DNA from: a virus | Taxonomy: Duplodnaviria; Caudoviricetes | IMG/VR virus record: IMGVR_UViG_3300017917_001798 | Location: 1,134-65,133 of that record | Length of the DNA stretch: 64,000 bases | Reading direction: 5' to 3' (one strand) | Shown here: in pieces, positions 51,275 to 62,258 of the stretch | Position numbering within the stretch: position 1 is the stretch's first letter | How the letters are laid out: each line of letters begins with the position of its first letter | The notes under the pieces: generated by a model | The model's database searches: none | What the model saw: the letters and a program-made list of their open reading frames with translations, nothing else | Told to the model about the DNA's origin: nothing | Position numbers and translations under genes: made by a program

Positions 51275-52049
51275 TAAATCTGTTTACGGAACAATAGGTT
51301 ATATTTCATCTCAAAAAGATTTAGACTTATTAGAACAATACATTACATATAATCTTCCTGTTTTGAAGGAATTTAAACAAATATATGTAGCAACAAATTA
51401 TAAAAATTATCCTGAATTTGTAGATGAGAATACTAAATTATGGAAAACTTATTTTCCTAAATGTGTTTTAATTGATTTAAAAGAAAATAGAGGTCATAAT
51501 CATGGTTATACTGATTTAGACAATGCTGTGTTTGATTGGTGTAAACAAAATAATATTGAGTGGCTTTGTAAAGGAGCTAATGATGTTATATTTCAAGAAT
51601 CAATATTAAATAAAGAAATAGGCGAAGCTGATTTTTATTATTTAAATGGTATTGGGTATGGAGGGATGGCTAATTATAATTTTGACTTTAATAGAATAAT
51701 AGCAGAAGATTTTTATCCACAAACTAATTTTTATTTTATAAATGTATCTAAAACAGATTATTTAAACGATAAAACGTACTTAAATCAAACATACGAACAC
51801 ATACAAAAAATAGAAAATTATAATGGACGAATATGGGAATACATACCTGGTTGGTCATGTGAAGATTTTTTAAAGCAATGTGTTGAAAGAAATAAATTAA
51901 TTAAAGAACATTTGATCCCTCAGGATAAATTCAATACATTACTGAATGTAATAAGAGACTACAACATACATGATTGTAGTCATAAAAATATAATGATTGA
52001 AGGAATATGTCATTTTCCTTATCCTGAACAACAAATAATAGAAATATGA
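51252..52049 (+). CDS. Hypothetical protein, possible glycosyltransferase
   Basis: NRGH..G...D in glyco cluster. Confidence 0.55.
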   Translation: MLLKELINKSVYGTIGYISSQKDLDLLEQYITYNLPVLKEFKQIYVATNYKNYPEFVDENTKLWKTYFPKCVLIDLKENRGHNHGYTDLDNAVFDWCKQNNIEWLCKGANDVIFQESILNKEIGEADFYYLNGIGYGGMANYNFDFNRIIAEDFYPQTNFYFINVSKTDYLNDKTYLNQTYEHIQKIENYNGRIWEYIPGWSCEDFLKQCVERNKLIKEHLIPQDKFNTLLNVIRDYNIHDCSHKNIMIEGICHFPYPEQQIIEI

Positions 52050-52987
52050 AAACTGTTGTATTTTTTGATAGACAAATAAACGAAAGAGGAACTAGTGTAG
52101 CAACATATAATTATGCTCACTATAATGAAGTTATATTGGGGAATAAATCCATTATAGCGTCCTATAAAAATGCTCCTCTTACTAGTTATGATAAAGTAAA
52201 AGCTAGATTTGGGGATGTTATTTTAGTTGATGACTTTAAAGAATTAACAAATACTAAATGTGATTACATATATGATCAAAAATTTGGTTATAATGACGGA
52301 AATGTAATCCCAACAGCAAAAATATTAGTTCAATGTGCTTTTAAATCATATGAACCACACGGAGATGTTTACTCTTATGTCTCTAAATGGTTAGCTGAAG
52401 ACACTAAAAAAACATATAACTTAACAGAAGATTTACCTTATGTTTCATACATGGTAGATTTACCTGAGGTTAATGAGGACTTCAGAGAACATTTCAATAT
52501 ACAGAACAAGTTAGTTATAGGATGGTACGGCGGAAATAATTTTCACATGCCCTTATCTCGACAAGCTGTAATTGATGTAGCTAAAAAAAGAAAAGATATT
52601 GTGTTCCTGTTTATGAACTCAGAAACTTTTTGTAATGAAGAAAATGTAATATTTGTAGAAGGAACTACAGACATGGAACAAAAAGTAGCATTTATCAATA
52701 CATGTGATGCTATGATTTATGCTAGAGAACGAGGGGAAACTTTTGGATTAGCAATAGCAGAATTTTCTAGTAAAAATAAACCCATAATATGTCATTCTTG
52801 GGCACCTGAACGTTTTCATATAGAAACATTAGGAGACAAAGGCATATATTATGATGATTACAATTCATTAGTTAACATATTAATGAACATTCAGCATTCA
52901 GATATAAAAGGAAAGGAATGGAATTGCTACCAAGAATATACCCCAGAAAAAGTAATGGAACAATTTAATAAAATTTATTTAATATGA
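52046..52987 (+). CDS. Glycosyltransferase (GT-B-like)
   Basis: RGT.VA.Y.YA, FINTCDAM..AR..GETFGLAIAEF. Confidence 0.8.
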   Translation: MKTVVFFDRQINERGTSVATYNYAHYNEVILGNKSIIASYKNAPLTSYDKVKARFGDVILVDDFKELTNTKCDYIYDQKFGYNDGNVIPTAKILVQCAFKSYEPHGDVYSYVSKWLAEDTKKTYNLTEDLPYVSYMVDLPEVNEDFREHFNIQNKLVIGWYGGNNFHMPLSRQAVIDVAKKRKDIVFLFMNSETFCNEENVIFVEGTTDMEQKVAFINTCDAMIYARERGETFGLAIAEFSSKNKPIICHSWAPERFHIETLGDKGIYYDDYNSLVNILMNIQHSDIKGKEWNCYQEYTPEKVMEQFNKIYLI

Positions 52988-53874
52988 AAATATTATTCGT
53001 AACAAATTATATGTCCGTTGCTCAAGCATCAGGAGGATTTATTAATGATTTTATAAATGATGCTACTTTTTTTGGTCTAAGAGAAATATTTGGAAATAAT
53101 GTCGTAGATAGTACAAAAATAATTTCTTTGTATAAAGAATATGAAGGCAAAATTCACCCACAGAATTTATGGGGTGGAATGACTCTATTTTGGTTAATTG
53201 ATGAAGATGATATTGATAGAACAGATATTGAAGAAAAAATAAAAAATAGATACTATGACATAATAATTTATGGGGCTATAAAGCGCTGCAAAGATTATTA
53301 TGATTTAGTAACGCAATATTATCCTGATAATAAAATTATTTGTATTGATGGAAATGACGAATCTGAATTAGATCCTTTATATTTAAAACACTTATATTTT
53401 AAAAGAGAACTACATATAGAACATCCTAATTTAAGACCTATGTCTTGTAGTATCCCTGGATGTAAAATAACAACTAAATTTTTAGAAAAAACTCAAGAAT
53501 ATGGGACTGTAATTCCTGGTCGAAGAGAAACATATATATTTACAAATGAACAAGAATATTATGACGATTATAATAGATCATATTACGGTGTTACAACTAA
53601 AAAAGCAGTTACTGGATGGTGGGAATCAATGAGAACTTTAGAAATATTAGCAAACCATTGCGTACCATATTTCCCTGAATTAGAAAATTGTCCTAAAAAT
53701 ATATTAACTCATTTACCTAAGGAATTATTATTAGAAGCAAGAGAATTAGCAAATAATTTTGATGAGCAAAAATATTTTATTATATTGAACAAATTGTTTG
53801 AATATACTAAAGAACATTTAACAACACGAGCAATGGCTCATTATATAATAAACGAAATTAATAAACAAATATAA
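52984..53874 (+). CDS. Glycosyltransferase-like protein
   Basis: IDG.D, YFKRE, Y..Y..S.Y..T.KK..W...R..EILAN.C.P.F. Confidence 0.65.
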   Translation: MKILFVTNYMSVAQASGGFINDFINDATFFGLREIFGNNVVDSTKIISLYKEYEGKIHPQNLWGGMTLFWLIDEDDIDRTDIEEKIKNRYYDIIIYGAIKRCKDYYDLVTQYYPDNKIICIDGNDESELDPLYLKHLYFKRELHIEHPNLRPMSCSIPGCKITTKFLEKTQEYGTVIPGRRETYIFTNEQEYYDDYNRSYYGVTTKKAVTGWWESMRTLEILANHCVPYFPELENCPKNILTHLPKELLLEARELANNFDEQKYFIILNKLFEYTKEHLTTRAMAHYIINEINKQI

Positions 53875-53878
53875 ACAA

Positions 53879-56449
53879 ATGGAAAAAATAGTAATTACAG
53901 GAGGTTTAGGTTACATCGGTAGTGAACTATGTAAACTTTATTCTGGTGAAACTAGATTTAAAAACATTGTTGTAGTAGACAACAGGTTTATCTCTGAGCG
54001 TGTTAAACAATTAAGAGATTGGGGTTTTGAATTTATACAAGCCAGCGTTACAGATAAAGATAAAATGAAAGAAATATTAGTAGATGCTGATATTGTACAT
54101 CATTTAGCTGGTATTACAGATGTTGCTTATACTAAATCTGAATCTAATGAAGTAAAAGATCAACAATTAATTACAACAGCTATAGAAGGAACTAATAATA
54201 TTCTGAATTTTACTCCAGCTCATTGTAAAATTATATTCCCATCAACTCACGTTGTATACGAAGGATTTGATGAAGTTAAGTTTGATATTACAGAAGATAC
54301 TCCAACTACTCCTGTACTAGCTTATGCTAAAAGCAAAAACCAAAACGAAATAGATATTAAAGCATCAGGTAAAGATTATGTTATATTGCGTTTATCTTCT
54401 GTTTATGGTTATTCTACAGATACTATGAGGATTGGTATTTTACCTAATTTGTTTTCTAAAATGGCATCTCAAAATGCTACTATTAAATTATTTGCTGGTG
54501 GGGTACAATATAAAAGTTTAATTGGATTAATTGATGTAGTTAGATGTTTCAAATTTATGGCTGAGTCAAGTATTAAAAATGAAACATTCCATTTATCAAA
54601 TGAAAAAACAACTGTAAAAGAAGTAGCCGATTTAGTAAAAAAATATAAATCTGATGTTAATATTGTAAGTACAGATGATGAAATCCCTAACTTGGGATAT
54701 ACTATGTCTAATGTAAAGTTATTAGCAACTGGATTTAAATTTTTAGGTTCTTTAGATGTTAGTATTAAAGAAATGATAGATAATTGGTCTGTTAAAAATA
54801 TTAATCCTGAATTAGAGTATATTTTAAGAGGTGGAAAGGAATATATTGATGATAGAGGTAAAATTAGTAACTATGAATTAACTGAACCTATTAACTTAAT
54901 TGGTTATATTGAATCTAAGAAAGGATCTGTTAGAGCAAATCACTATCATCCAATTCAAGAACAAAAATGTTTACTAATTACAGGTAAATATGTTAGTGTT
55001 ATTAAAGATTTAGCTGATCCTAAAGCAATAACTAAAACACAGATTATTGAACCTGGAGATATTGCTGTGATTAAACCTAATGTTGCTCATACAATGGTGT
55101 TTTTAGAAGATTCAATTTTCTTAAATTTAGTAAGAGGTGAACGTGAACATGATAATTATGGAGTTACACACACTATTCCTTATATTTTAGTAGATGAAGA
55201 ATTTAGAAAAGGTATAATGGAGTGTTATTCTTCTAAAGATAGAAGTGGTGGGGGTGATAATTTAGAACCCGTTATTTCATTAGGTTTATCTCCATTAGCT
55301 AATAATTTATTAGATTCAATGGACGATAAAGACGAATTATTCCCATTAGAAATGATGTATTGCCCAGAAAGTCACAACTGTCAATTATCATATGTAGTTC
55401 CAGCAGGAAAAATGTTTGATCATTATTTGTATGTTTCTTCTACAGCTAAAAGCTTTAGAGATCATTTCGAAGTAGCAGCAGAGAAGTATACTAAAGAATT
55501 TAATTTAGGACCTGGTTCATTAGTAGTTGATATTGGTTCTAATGATGGAATTGCTCTTAAACCACTTAAGGAAAAAGGAGTAATGGTAGTAGGAGTAGAA
55601 CCAGCAAAAAATATAGCTGAATTAGCTAATGCTAATGGAATTAATACTCTCAATAGATATTTTGATAAGAATGCAGTAGATTATATATACAATGAATATG
55701 GGTCAGCAGATGTTATTACTGCATCTAATGTGTTTGCTCATGCTGATAAATTAGATGAAATAGCTAAATTAGCGTTTACGTTACTAAAACCAAATGGTAG
55801 ATTTATTATTGAAGTACAATATCTGTTAGATACAATTAAAGATTTAACATTTGATAATATTTACCATGAACACGTTAATTATTGGAGTGTTATTTCACTT
55901 AGAAATTTCTTTAATCGTTTAGGTTTTGTAGTTGCTAAAGTAGAACATATTAACACACATGGTGGTTCTATTAGAGTTTATATCGGTCACCCTGGAGCTA
56001 GTGTTAATAGTAGCGTTAATGAATTTATTTCGAACGAGTTAGAATTTGGTTTAACAGAATACAAAACATATTTAGATTTTGCTAAACGTGTTGAACAAGC
56101 TAAAACAACAGTAAATAAAAACATTAAAACACTCAAAGATAAAGGTTTAACTTTAGTAGGATACGGTTCACCAGCTAAAGCAACTACATCATTAAATTAT
56201 TACGGTATTACATCTAATGAAATTGAATATATAGTTGAAGATAATCCACTAAAACATAATAAAATTCTACCAGGTGTTAAAATTCCTATCTATGCTAAAG
56301 ATAAATTAAATGAAAAATTACCTGATGTTATAGTTGTTATGGCCTGGAATTTTATTGAAGAAATAAAGAAAAATAATCAAGACTTAATTAATAAAGGAGT
56401 TAAATTTATAAGTATTAAAGAACTACAAAATGATTCATTTAGTTTATAG
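53879..56449 (+). CDS. Three-domain sugar-nucleotide enzyme: NAD epimerase/dehydratase + cupin + sugar C-methyltransferase
   Basis: TGGLGYIG, Y...K; RANHYH...AH cupin; LG.SPLAN, DIGSNDG, IYHEH, HGGS.R, GYG..AK. Confidence 0.88.
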   Translation: MEKIVITGGLGYIGSELCKLYSGETRFKNIVVVDNRFISERVKQLRDWGFEFIQASVTDKDKMKEILVDADIVHHLAGITDVAYTKSESNEVKDQQLITTAIEGTNNILNFTPAHCKIIFPSTHVVYEGFDEVKFDITEDTPTTPVLAYAKSKNQNEIDIKASGKDYVILRLSSVYGYSTDTMRIGILPNLFSKMASQNATIKLFAGGVQYKSLIGLIDVVRCFKFMAESSIKNETFHLSNEKTTVKEVADLVKKYKSDVNIVSTDDEIPNLGYTMSNVKLLATGFKFLGSLDVSIKEMIDNWSVKNINPELEYILRGGKEYIDDRGKISNYELTEPINLIGYIESKKGSVRANHYHPIQEQKCLLITGKYVSVIKDLADPKAITKTQIIEPGDIAVIKPNVAHTMVFLEDSIFLNLVRGEREHDNYGVTHTIPYILVDEEFRKGIMECYSSKDRSGGGDNLEPVISLGLSPLANNLLDSMDDKDELFPLEMMYCPESHNCQLSYVVPAGKMFDHYLYVSSTAKSFRDHFEVAAEKYTKEFNLGPGSLVVDIGSNDGIALKPLKEKGVMVVGVEPAKNIAELANANGINTLNRYFDKNAVDYIYNEYGSADVITASNVFAHADKLDEIAKLAFTLLKPNGRFIIEVQYLLDTIKDLTFDNIYHEHVNYWSVISLRNFFNRLGFVVAKVEHINTHGGSIRVYIGHPGASVNSSVNEFISNELEFGLTEYKTYLDFAKRVEQAKTTVNKNIKTLKDKGLTLVGYGSPAKATTSLNYYGITSNEIEYIVEDNPLKHNKILPGVKIPIYAKDKLNEKLPDVIVVMAWNFIEEIKKNNQDLINKGVKFISIKELQNDSFSL

Positions 56450-57158
56450 AATATCAAATGCAGGTTTTAGCAAAGTAAAACCAGAATACATTTCAAATGA
56501 AAATTGTCTAAGGAACGCTGTTGAAGCGTTCCCTTTAGATAAGCATAACTGGGAAGTTATTGCTGATAGTATTGATGAAGATACAAGAGCAATGATTAGT
56601 AAATACATTCCATCAACACAAGTAACAGAGGTTTCTATTAAAAATGGCCCTGGTTATCCCTTTATGTATGCTTTAGATAAACTACTTAAGCAACCACAGG
56701 ATGCAGATAATGAAATAATTTATTTTGTTGAAAATGATTACCTACACAAACCAGGTTCAGATGTTATCTTACAAGAAGGATTTGATTTAGGAGCTGATTA
56801 TGTTACGTTATACGATCATCCTGATAAGTATATTAATGCTGAAGATGGTGGTAATCCATTTATTGAAAACAAAGGAGAAATAGCTCAAATATTTTTAAGC
56901 AACTCTTGCCATTGGAAATTAACAAATTCTACTACAGGTACTTTTGCTGCTAAAATAAAAACATTAAGAGAAGACTATGATACAATTGATAGATATGCCA
57001 ATAACCCTTACTGGAATGACTTTCATATGTTTTTGGAATTAAGAGCAAAAGGACGTACATTAATATCGTCAATCCCAGGATATTCAACTCATGGTGAAAC
57101 AGCTTGGCTAACCCCTTTAACTAACTGGAATGATATCAGTCGTAATACCAACATATAA
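56430..57158 (+). CDS. Glycosyltransferase-like protein (GT-A)
   Basis: YFVENDYLH, YDHPD. Confidence 0.7.
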   Translation: MIHLVYRISNAGFSKVKPEYISNENCLRNAVEAFPLDKHNWEVIADSIDEDTRAMISKYIPSTQVTEVSIKNGPGYPFMYALDKLLKQPQDADNEIIYFVENDYLHKPGSDVILQEGFDLGADYVTLYDHPDKYINAEDGGNPFIENKGEIAQIFLSNSCHWKLTNSTTGTFAAKIKTLREDYDTIDRYANNPYWNDFHMFLELRAKGRTLISSIPGYSTHGETAWLTPLTNWNDISRNTNI

Positions 57159-57897
57159 AGAACCAGAAGCATTAGATCTATGCTTACGGTCAGCAATTGA
57201 AGGACAATTTAGTAAAAATGAAATTATTGTTGTTGTAGATGGTTTCTATGATGAAAATAAAGAAGTATTAGATAAATGGGGTCCTCACATATTAATTTTA
57301 GACCTACCTGAAAATGTAGGGATGATAAGAGCTATGAATTTAGGACATTATAATGCTTCTAATGATTTGGTTTTTCATGTTCAAGATGATAATGTATTTC
57401 CTAAAGGATGGGATCAGTCTTTGTTATTTGATTACAAACCTAATACAGTTCTAACTCCAAATCAAATTGAACCTACTCCTAGTATGTTTAAACAGTTTGT
57501 AATATCGGATTTAGGAAGAGATCCTAAAACATTTGATTTACAGTCGTTTTGGGAATTTGAAAAATCTGTATCACGAAAAGAAAAAGATGAGTGTGGTTCA
57601 ACCTTTCCTTTTTTAATTAATAAAAATGATTATTTAAGAATAGGAGGATTTGATGAATCGTACCCAGGACCTTGGGTAGTAGATTGGGAATTTTTTATGA
57701 AATGTGAAATGGGAGGATTGAAAATGGTACGTACATACAATTGCCATTTTTATCATTTTGTATCGTTGGGTACTAAATCACCTGAACAAATAACATCGGC
57801 TCGCAGTGTAGAACAACAATGTCATGAATATTTTTATTACAAATGGAATACTTCTGCAAAACATAACCCGTTAAATAATTCAAAGTTGATTACTTAA
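57130..57897 (+). CDS. Glycosyltransferase family 2
   Basis: ISVVIPTY, VVDG, N.G...A.N.G, DD, GGFDE, D. Confidence 0.9.
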   Translation: MISVVIPTYKEPEALDLCLRSAIEGQFSKNEIIVVVDGFYDENKEVLDKWGPHILILDLPENVGMIRAMNLGHYNASNDLVFHVQDDNVFPKGWDQSLLFDYKPNTVLTPNQIEPTPSMFKQFVISDLGRDPKTFDLQSFWEFEKSVSRKEKDECGSTFPFLINKNDYLRIGGFDESYPGPWVVDWEFFMKCEMGGLKMVRTYNCHFYHFVSLGTKSPEQITSARSVEQQCHEYFYYKWNTSAKHNPLNNSKLIT

Positions 57898-57930
57898 ACT
57901 ATTTATATTTATATAAGAAAATGTAAATTT

Positions 57931-58467
57931 ATGGGTTTATCTTCTAAAAAATTAAATAAGCTAAGTCGAATTCTAACATTAGGTGAAATTGATGCTGAAT
58001 CTGTAAATAACATCATAGGTCTTATATATGAAATAAATGATGAGGACATCAAAAAAACGCAAGTAGAACCGATAAAACTCATAATCAACTCATTTGGAGG
58101 GGAATTATATAGTGGATTAGCCTTAATAGATGTAATTGATAATTCGCAGACTCCCGTTTATACAATATGTCATGGCTCCGCAATGTCTATGGCTATGATA
58201 GTATACGCAGCTGGACATAGTAGATTTGCAAGCAAATATGCTACATTTATGTACCATGAAGCGTCATATCCAGTTGAAGGTAAAGTATTACATCATAAAC
58301 AAGAATTAAAAGAAGTTGAACGTACCGATGCACTGTGCGATTCTTATTTAATTTCTAAAACTAAATTTACTGCTAAACAATTAAAAGACATTAAAGATAA
58401 AAGAAGTGAATGGTATTTTGATACAAAAGTAGCTCATAAATATGGTTTGGTAACAGAAATCATTTAA
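57931..58467 (+). CDS. clpP: ClpP-like protease subunit
   Basis: INS.GG, G.A.SMA (catalytic Ser), FM.H, A..YGL. Confidence 0.85.
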   Translation: MGLSSKKLNKLSRILTLGEIDAESVNNIIGLIYEINDEDIKKTQVEPIKLIINSFGGELYSGLALIDVIDNSQTPVYTICHGSAMSMAMIVYAAGHSRFASKYATFMYHEASYPVEGKVLHHKQELKEVERTDALCDSYLISKTKFTAKQLKDIKDKRSEWYFDTKVAHKYGLVTEII

Positions 58468-58496
58468 AATTATATATTTATACATAAACGCATATA

Positions 58497-58817
58497 ATGG
58501 CAGAAATAAAACCAAAGTTAAGAGTAGACGTGAATCATAACCCGACTAAAAAGGGTATTAAAGTACAATTTGTATTGCCTCAAACAATTGAAGGTGATGC
58601 TAAAGCAGCAGCTACTCAAAAATTACAAAGTAAATTAAATCAAGGATTATCCCAATATAATTTAACTGTGAGCCAAGATACTGATGTTCCATATTCAAAC
58701 GTTATTGGATTTTTAATCCCTATAGCTGATTTTAAATTATTTATAAAAGATGCTATTAGTGGAAATATGGGAGATAGTATATCTAATGAACAACCAGCAG
58801 AGACCCCAGATATTTAA
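58497..58817 (+). CDS. Hypothetical protein
   Basis: 106-aa ORF behind late motif 58474. Confidence 0.75.
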   Translation: MAEIKPKLRVDVNHNPTKKGIKVQFVLPQTIEGDAKAAATQKLQSKLNQGLSQYNLTVSQDTDVPYSNVIGFLIPIADFKLFIKDAISGNMGDSISNEQPAETPDI

Positions 58818-58818
58818 T

Positions 58819-59118
58819 ATGACTAAAAAAGCAAAACGTAAAGTACCAGTAATAAAAATTAATATACCTTACGACCAATTTAGTGAAATACCTGAAGTTA
58901 AACAGGTAGTTATTGAAGAGGTAGTTTATGCTATTAAAGAAGGAATAAATGAAAATAAAAAAAAGATTTCTTTATTTGAAATAGCTGGATCTGAATATTA
59001 CATCGATTTAGAAAAAGACCAATGGAAATCTTCTTTAGAAAAAGCAATAGAATATTTTGTTGAAAAAGAAGAATACGATAATTGTATAGAATGTAGAGAT
59101 TTAATTAGTAAACTTTAG
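58819..59118 (+). CDS. Hypothetical protein with UVR-like C-terminus
   Basis: L..A..YF...EEY..C...RDL; ATG 58819. Confidence 0.65.
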   Translation: MTKKAKRKVPVIKINIPYDQFSEIPEVKQVVIEEVVYAIKEGINENKKKISLFEIAGSEYYIDLEKDQWKSSLEKAIEYFVEKEEYDNCIECRDLISKL

Positions 59119-59120
59119 TT

Positions 59121-59552
59121 ATGAGGGAAGAACAAGATCAACATGCAGAGGGGGTTAAACAATCAATAGAAAGTATTATAGGTACTAACACCGTTTTAAG
59201 ACGTAAGAAAAAGTCTGAAGAAGATATCAATAAAGAAACATTTGAGAAAATTATTCGCACAATAGAAGAAATACAGGTACGCTCAGCTTTACTACACTCT
59301 GAATTAGGATTAGATTATGCTAATTATGATGAAAAATTTTATGAAATAATAGATAATTTAATTGTTATGTATTTTGGAAAAGAAGCGTCAGAATTAATAT
59401 TTTATTACATATATGAAAGAATAAGTCCTAATGGTTCTATAAATGAATTAATTGATCAAAACGATCAAGTTGTACCTCTTAACAATGTAAATGATTTATG
59501 GGTATTAGTAAACCATATAAAAAATAAAACTAATAAAATAAAGAAAAAATAG
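59121..59552 (+). CDS. Hypothetical protein
   Basis: 143-aa ORF. Confidence 0.75.
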   Translation: MREEQDQHAEGVKQSIESIIGTNTVLRRKKKSEEDINKETFEKIIRTIEEIQVRSALLHSELGLDYANYDEKFYEIIDNLIVMYFGKEASELIFYYIYERISPNGSINELIDQNDQVVPLNNVNDLWVLVNHIKNKTNKIKKK

Positions 59553-59554
59553 TT

Positions 59555-60160
59555 ATGGCTCCTCCCTCAAAAACATATAGTAGGGATGACATTCTTAGAG
59601 CTATGCGCTTTACAAAATCAAATAGAGCAGCGGCCAAATATTTAGGATGTTCATACCAGCATTACAAACCTTATGCTAAATTATATAGGTTAGACGAAAA
59701 TGATCATACCTCCCCTACGTTATTTGAAGTCCATAAAAATCAAAGCGGTAAGGGTATTCCCAAGTTTTTACCTAACAGACGTAGAGAACCTAATGTTAAA
59801 AATATAATAGAAACAGGAACGGGTTGGGAATCATTCTCACCTGAAAAAATAAAATCAAGACTAATTGCTGAAAGTTACCTAAAAGAAGAATGTTATGCGT
59901 GTGGTTTTTGTGAACGTAGAGTAACTGATTATAAAATACCATTATTATTAAATTTTAAAGATGGTAATAAAAATAATTATTTATTAGACAATCTTGAATT
60001 ATTATGTTATAATGATTATTTTCTGTTAGTTGCTGATCCACTAACACCTGATCAAGTACGCCACATTGAAGACAACCAGGGCGTTAAGGCTGTACAACAT
60101 CATTGGGATGTAGATGAAAGGGAATATTTAGACAATATGAGAGCTTTAGGTATTCTGTAA
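59555..60160 (+). CDS. HTH + degenerate HNH-like protein
   Basis: AAA.YLG.SY..YK; C..CG...LNFKDGN..N..L.NLELLCYND (catalytic His absent). Confidence 0.65.
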   Translation: MAPPSKTYSRDDILRAMRFTKSNRAAAKYLGCSYQHYKPYAKLYRLDENDHTSPTLFEVHKNQSGKGIPKFLPNRRREPNVKNIIETGTGWESFSPEKIKSRLIAESYLKEECYACGFCERRVTDYKIPLLLNFKDGNKNNYLLDNLELLCYNDYFLLVADPLTPDQVRHIEDNQGVKAVQHHWDVDEREYLDNMRALGIL

Positions 60161-60171
60161 TATTTATATAT

Positions 60172-61269
60172 ATGCGAATATTTTTAAGTGAAATTATAGA
60201 TGAAATTTTAGGTGTTCCTGAAGGATTATTAGATATATCTGAAGAAGTCTACAGGGGCATTGTAAGTAATTTAGAAGGAGATACAACAAATGTCACTTTA
60301 ATTCCTAAACGAATGAATATAAATGGCAATTTTAATATATCTGACTATAAGTTCAATACAGTTGAAGTAGAAATTAATGCTAATCTTAATTCTGATTATG
60401 ATATAGAATGGTTATCTATGGGTGTTTCTGGTGAAATGTCTACAACTAAACCATATAAAAGATTAAGTTATGTAAAAAATAATAAAGTATATTTAATAAT
60501 AAATTTAGTTTGTGGTTATGATAAAAAATGGAATGATGTGGCTGATTTCTTTAAAGGAAATAAAAAGAAAGAATTAATTTCTAGTATAGCCCATGAATTT
60601 AAACATAGTTACGATAATTATAAAAAAGGTTCTGATAAAGCTTCATCAATATTTAAATATGTGAGAGTATCTAGTGGGAATATTGGTTTACCTCAATTAG
60701 ATAAATTTACATTTTATATATACTATACAGACGCAATAGAAAATTTAGTTAGACCTGCAGAAGTAGCATCTTATTTAAGAAATAGCAATGTAACTAAAGC
60801 AAATTTTTTGGATATTTTGAAAGAAACTAATGTATATAAAAATTTAAAAGAAGCTCAAAATATAAGTTATGATGGTATGGTAAAAGAAATAATTAATGAT
60901 TCTAGAACGGTACCATCAATAAAAAATTTCTTTGAAAAGAAAGGAGAAAACACAGACAATCTATCAGACGAGGAAATAGTTAAAAAATTTTTACAATATC
61001 ACTTTAAACACTATAAATCAGCTTTAAAGGCAGATTATGCAAACCAAGTAATGAGATCAAATATAGCTGGTAATTTATTTTCATTTTTAAAGGTTCCCGG
61101 ACGTGAAATAGATTATAATAAGAAAAAAGCTATAGAAGATTTTAATAGAGAAGTAGAAAGATTTAGTGATAGTGATTTTGAAAAATTTTATAAATACGAA
61201 GAAAAGAAAATACATTTTGAGGCAAATAGAGCTTTAAAAAAAGTGGCAAAACTTTATGCTTATATTTAA
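60172..61269 (+). CDS. HExxH-containing protein with MRIFLSEIIDE N-terminus
   Basis: IAHEFKH...E motif; late motif at 60160. Confidence 0.7.
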   Translation: MRIFLSEIIDEILGVPEGLLDISEEVYRGIVSNLEGDTTNVTLIPKRMNINGNFNISDYKFNTVEVEINANLNSDYDIEWLSMGVSGEMSTTKPYKRLSYVKNNKVYLIINLVCGYDKKWNDVADFFKGNKKKELISSIAHEFKHSYDNYKKGSDKASSIFKYVRVSSGNIGLPQLDKFTFYIYYTDAIENLVRPAEVASYLRNSNVTKANFLDILKETNVYKNLKEAQNISYDGMVKEIINDSRTVPSIKNFFEKKGENTDNLSDEEIVKKFLQYHFKHYKSALKADYANQVMRSNIAGNLFSFLKVPGREIDYNKKKAIEDFNREVERFSDSDFEKFYKYEEKKIHFEANRALKKVAKLYAYI

Positions 61270-61472
61270 TATTATGCAAATAAATAAAGACATATTAGAC
61301 AATAATAAAGAAAATCTTGAAATAAATTTCAATTCAGAAACTAGTAAACATATTAGGAAACTATTAAATAGAATCTTTATAATTAAAAAACCTAAGTCTA
61401 AGAAAAGTTGTAAATAAATTTGATTCGGTCAAAGTTCTTTTGTATATTTAGTTTACAAATAAAATAAAAAAT

Positions 61473-61766
61473 ATGAGTTTTGAATTAGCACAAAAATTTG
61501 CAGATTACCAACTTCCTGATGCAGTTAAAGAAGCATTTAAAAAAGGATTACCAATGATTGGTTCATTGAATTTCACTAAAATGATGTTATTCGCCAATGA
61601 GGTTCAATTAACAAACGATAACATTGATTATTACATGAATATACCTCCTCGTAGAATGGAAGGTGAAACTAAAGAAGAAATGAAACTTAGAGGTAAATTT
61701 GCAAACGCTTTATACAAATATAGAGCTTATCTATACGATTATTCAGTATTTGAAAAACAAAATTAA
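61473..61766 (+). CDS. Hypothetical protein
   Basis: P.R.EGET.EE.K.R; behind promoter 61420-61450. Confidence 0.7.
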   Translation: MSFELAQKFADYQLPDAVKEAFKKGLPMIGSLNFTKMMLFANEVQLTNDNIDYYMNIPPRRMEGETKEEMKLRGKFANALYKYRAYLYDYSVFEKQN

Positions 61767-61780
61767 TAAAATTAATAATT

Positions 61781-61996
61781 ATGGGACAATATTTCCAAGT
61801 AAAAGTTCAGTTTAAATCTGAAGAAGGTAAAAAAACAAGTGTAAATTATTTAGTAGACGCTCAATCAGTAACTGAAGCTGAAGCAAGAACAGTAAAGTTT
61901 TTAGTAGATAACGATGAACAGTCTTTTGAAGTTAAAGCAGCATCCGCGTCGAACATAGTTCAAGTAATACTAGAATCAGAACCAGAGTCAGAATAA
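61781..61996 (+). CDS. DUF4494-like protein
   Basis: YLVDA.S.TEAEAR motif typical of Bacteroidota DUF4494. Confidence 0.75.
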   Translation: MGQYFQVKVQFKSEEGKKTSVNYLVDAQSVTEAEARTVKFLVDNDEQSFEVKAASASNIVQVILESEPESE

Positions 61997-62078
61997 TTTG
62001 GTTCGGGCAAAATAAAGTCGTATATTTACTTTATAAAAAATGCAGGGAATTAAAATTTACATATATTTATAGACGCAA

Positions 62079-62201
62079 ATGAAAAATCAATACCAACATA
62101 TTAGCAAATTTAACAGTCGCTCGCAAGCAGCGATTTGGCAAGTGGTATGCTTTAAAAACAAACCGCAAACAACAGGGCTAAAAGATATTGATTTAGGATA
62201 A
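62079..62201 (+). CDS. Putative attenuator leader peptide 1 (40 aa)
   Basis: MKNQYQHISKFNSRSQAAIWQVVCFKNKPQTTGLKDIDLG*, directly after ATATTTAT; contains CAGGGCT complementary to terminator 5' arm. Confidence 0.7.
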   Translation: MKNQYQHISKFNSRSQAAIWQVVCFKNKPQTTGLKDIDLG

Positions 62202-62224
62202 TAAATATAATCAAATATAAATTT

Positions 62225-62255
62225 AAGCCCTGATCTAAAAAATCAGGGCTTTTTT
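62225..62255 (+). terminator. Intrinsic terminator directly upstream of tRNA array (attenuator 1)
   Basis: AAGCCCTGAT-CTAAAAA-ATCAGGGCTT followed by T run; 3 nt before tRNA-Phe. Confidence 0.9.
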
Positions 62256-62258
62256 AAT

